Shown here: positions 61,901-64,000 of the stretch, piece after piece
How the letters are laid out: each line of letters opens with the position of its first letter
Numbering within the stretch: the first letter of the stretch is position 1
NCBI RefSeq assembly: GCF_006345805.1
Contig: NC_043006.1
Span: 90,272,001 to 90,336,000 of the forward strand
DNA from: Octopus sinensis
Lineage: Eukaryota
Direction: 5' to 3'
DNA length: 64,000 bases
Notes under the pieces: model-generated
Told to the model about the DNA's origin: nothing
Databases searched by the model: none
What the model saw: the letters and a program-made list of their open reading frames with translations, nothing else
Program-made: the position numbers and the translations under genes

Positions 61901-64000
61901 TATTATTATTATTATTATTATTATTAAATGCTTTGTGGCATTTCGTCTGTCTTTATGTTCTGAGTTCAAGTTCCACTGAGGCTGATTTGCCTTTCATCCT
62001 CCCGGGGTCGATAAAACAGGTACCAGTTGCATACTGGGATTGATGTAATAGATTATACCCCTCTCCCAAATTTCAGGCTTTGTGCCTATGGTAGAAAGGA
62101 TTATTATTATTATGATGATGATGAAGCTATTACATGCTATATCAATTAGTAGGGATGGTGTTTTGAAGAAAAGTTTCAATAATCTTTCTAAGATTTTTGA
62201 AGAATACAGCAGGGCACTTTTTTCAGAGTCTTAGATTGAACTTCTCAAGCTGTGCACCAATTACCACAGGAATAATTGTTATCTTACTCTTCCACAACCT
62301 CTTCATCTCTCAGTCAACATCCTGCTATTCCTTATTTTCTTTGGTATTTGCTCTGTTATTCTACAGAATTGCAAAATCTATGATATTACGCTGTATTTTT
62401 GGTCCGCTACAATCATATCTGCTCTCCTAGCTTCCATAGTATGGTCTGTCTAGTTCTATTTTGCAATTATTACTATTTTATTAATACTGCATTTATTATT
62501 ATCATTATTATTATTCTTTTACTAATGCAAACCTTTCAGAAAATAAAATTTAAAAAACCCCAAAAAAACTACAAAATAAAACAGACGCAATAATTATAAC
62601 AGGAATTAATAAAATATAATGCACACACATACATATACAGACACATATATATGTATACATACACATATGTATACATAAATATATATGTATATATACTTAT
62701 ATACATATATATACACATACATAAGTATACATACATATATATGTATATATAATTATATACATATATGTATACACACATAAGTATACATACATATATATAT
62801 ATATATATGTGTATATATGATTATATAAATAAATATATAAATCTTAAGCACAAGTTGGACAGACACATTCTGTCATGTCTAATGAAAGACAAAGACTAGA
62901 TTTTTCATACAGATCAAAACTGAAACATTTCCTGGTAATGTCAGTGGACCAAGAAAGCAAAAAAAGAAAAAAGACAGAAAATTATAAGGAAAAAAAGAAA
63001 GAAATTGAAATGAAAAATAAAGTAAAAAAATAAAATATGATGCAAAACAATACCCAGTAGTCAACATAATTGATTAAGATAATGGAATTACAAAAAGCAA
63101 AAAAAAAAAAATAATAATCATTAAATAAAAATATAATGAAAATAATAATAATTTACTTAGTTGCAAATCACAAGGATAAAAAGTAAAATAAAAGGAAGCA
63201 AAAAAAAAGTATTAAAAAAAATAAATAAAAACAGGTGAGAAGTAATCGAGAAAGAGAGGTCAGTGTCTAAAAGTGATTACTTTTTAATCAGGAATAAAAA
63301 TAACGATGAGATGATGATGATGAGGGTGGTGGTGGTGGTGGTTATGATGACGATGATGATGACAAAAATAATTGTTTCTAATATAATAATAATAATAATA
63401 ATAAGAAGAAGAAGAATAACAACAACAACAACATCTAAACATTTCAACCCGAGCAGTTTGGTCAAAAAAATCTGAAATATGTTGCAACATTTCTTCACTT
63501 TGGCAGGTTAATTTGCAAACAAACAGAGTTCAAAGGTTCAATACAAAGGTTTTAAACAATTTTATTTATTTATTTATTCCCTCTCCATTAAAAAAAAAAA
63601 GAAATATTGCAAATTTTCAACACAAGCATTTCTGTTTTATTTTTCATTTTTTTTATCGTCACTTTACATTTTTGTTATTACTTATTCTGTTCTTTAGATG
63701 GTTTCCTTCATTTAGCTCTGGTCAGACTGGAGCACTGCTCTCAAAATTTTCTTTCTGTCAATCATGTCAATCTGCATATACACAGACAGACAAACACATA
63801 CAAGCACATGTTGACAGGATATGGTCAATAAGTTTGCTCCCCAGCAACACTGTTGAGAGAAGTGTCATCTACAACAGCTTTGGAGAGTAGTGGGATGGTA
63901 TGATGTCACCCTCACTGGAGGCACACCCAAAGACATTCCCAGTCGGGAGGAACTTGACTTTCATGATGTCCATGTTACACCTTACAACCTTTGCAGTTTT

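Overview
This is AT-rich eukaryotic non-coding DNA, dense in microsatellites and transposons. The SINE families and RTE-type (GAT)n tails look like those of Octopus/cephalopods (inference from pattern recognition, no search run). I cannot identify any host protein-coding gene; there are only low-confidence exon-like segments. Recognisable elements are a mariner relic, a possible Helitron relic, an internally deleted Ty3/Gypsy with both LTRs, RTE, CR1 and R4/Dong LINE pieces and many SINEs. There is also a 5'-complete Tx1/L1-clade LINE whose ORF1 carries an in-frame ~94 x 36-bp tandem expansion, and a young Naiad-type Penelope-like element (RT + GIY-YIG) with a 378-bp inverted terminal duplication. 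The most striking hidden signal is a set of nine hammerhead-ribozyme (HHR) motifs found by eye. They have the Penelope minimal type I layout, several with stem II extended to 26-100 nt. Most lie in short non-coding units next to (TA)n tracts, some with inverted termini. All eight independent copies are on the minus strand. Coordinates of degraded repeats are approximate.
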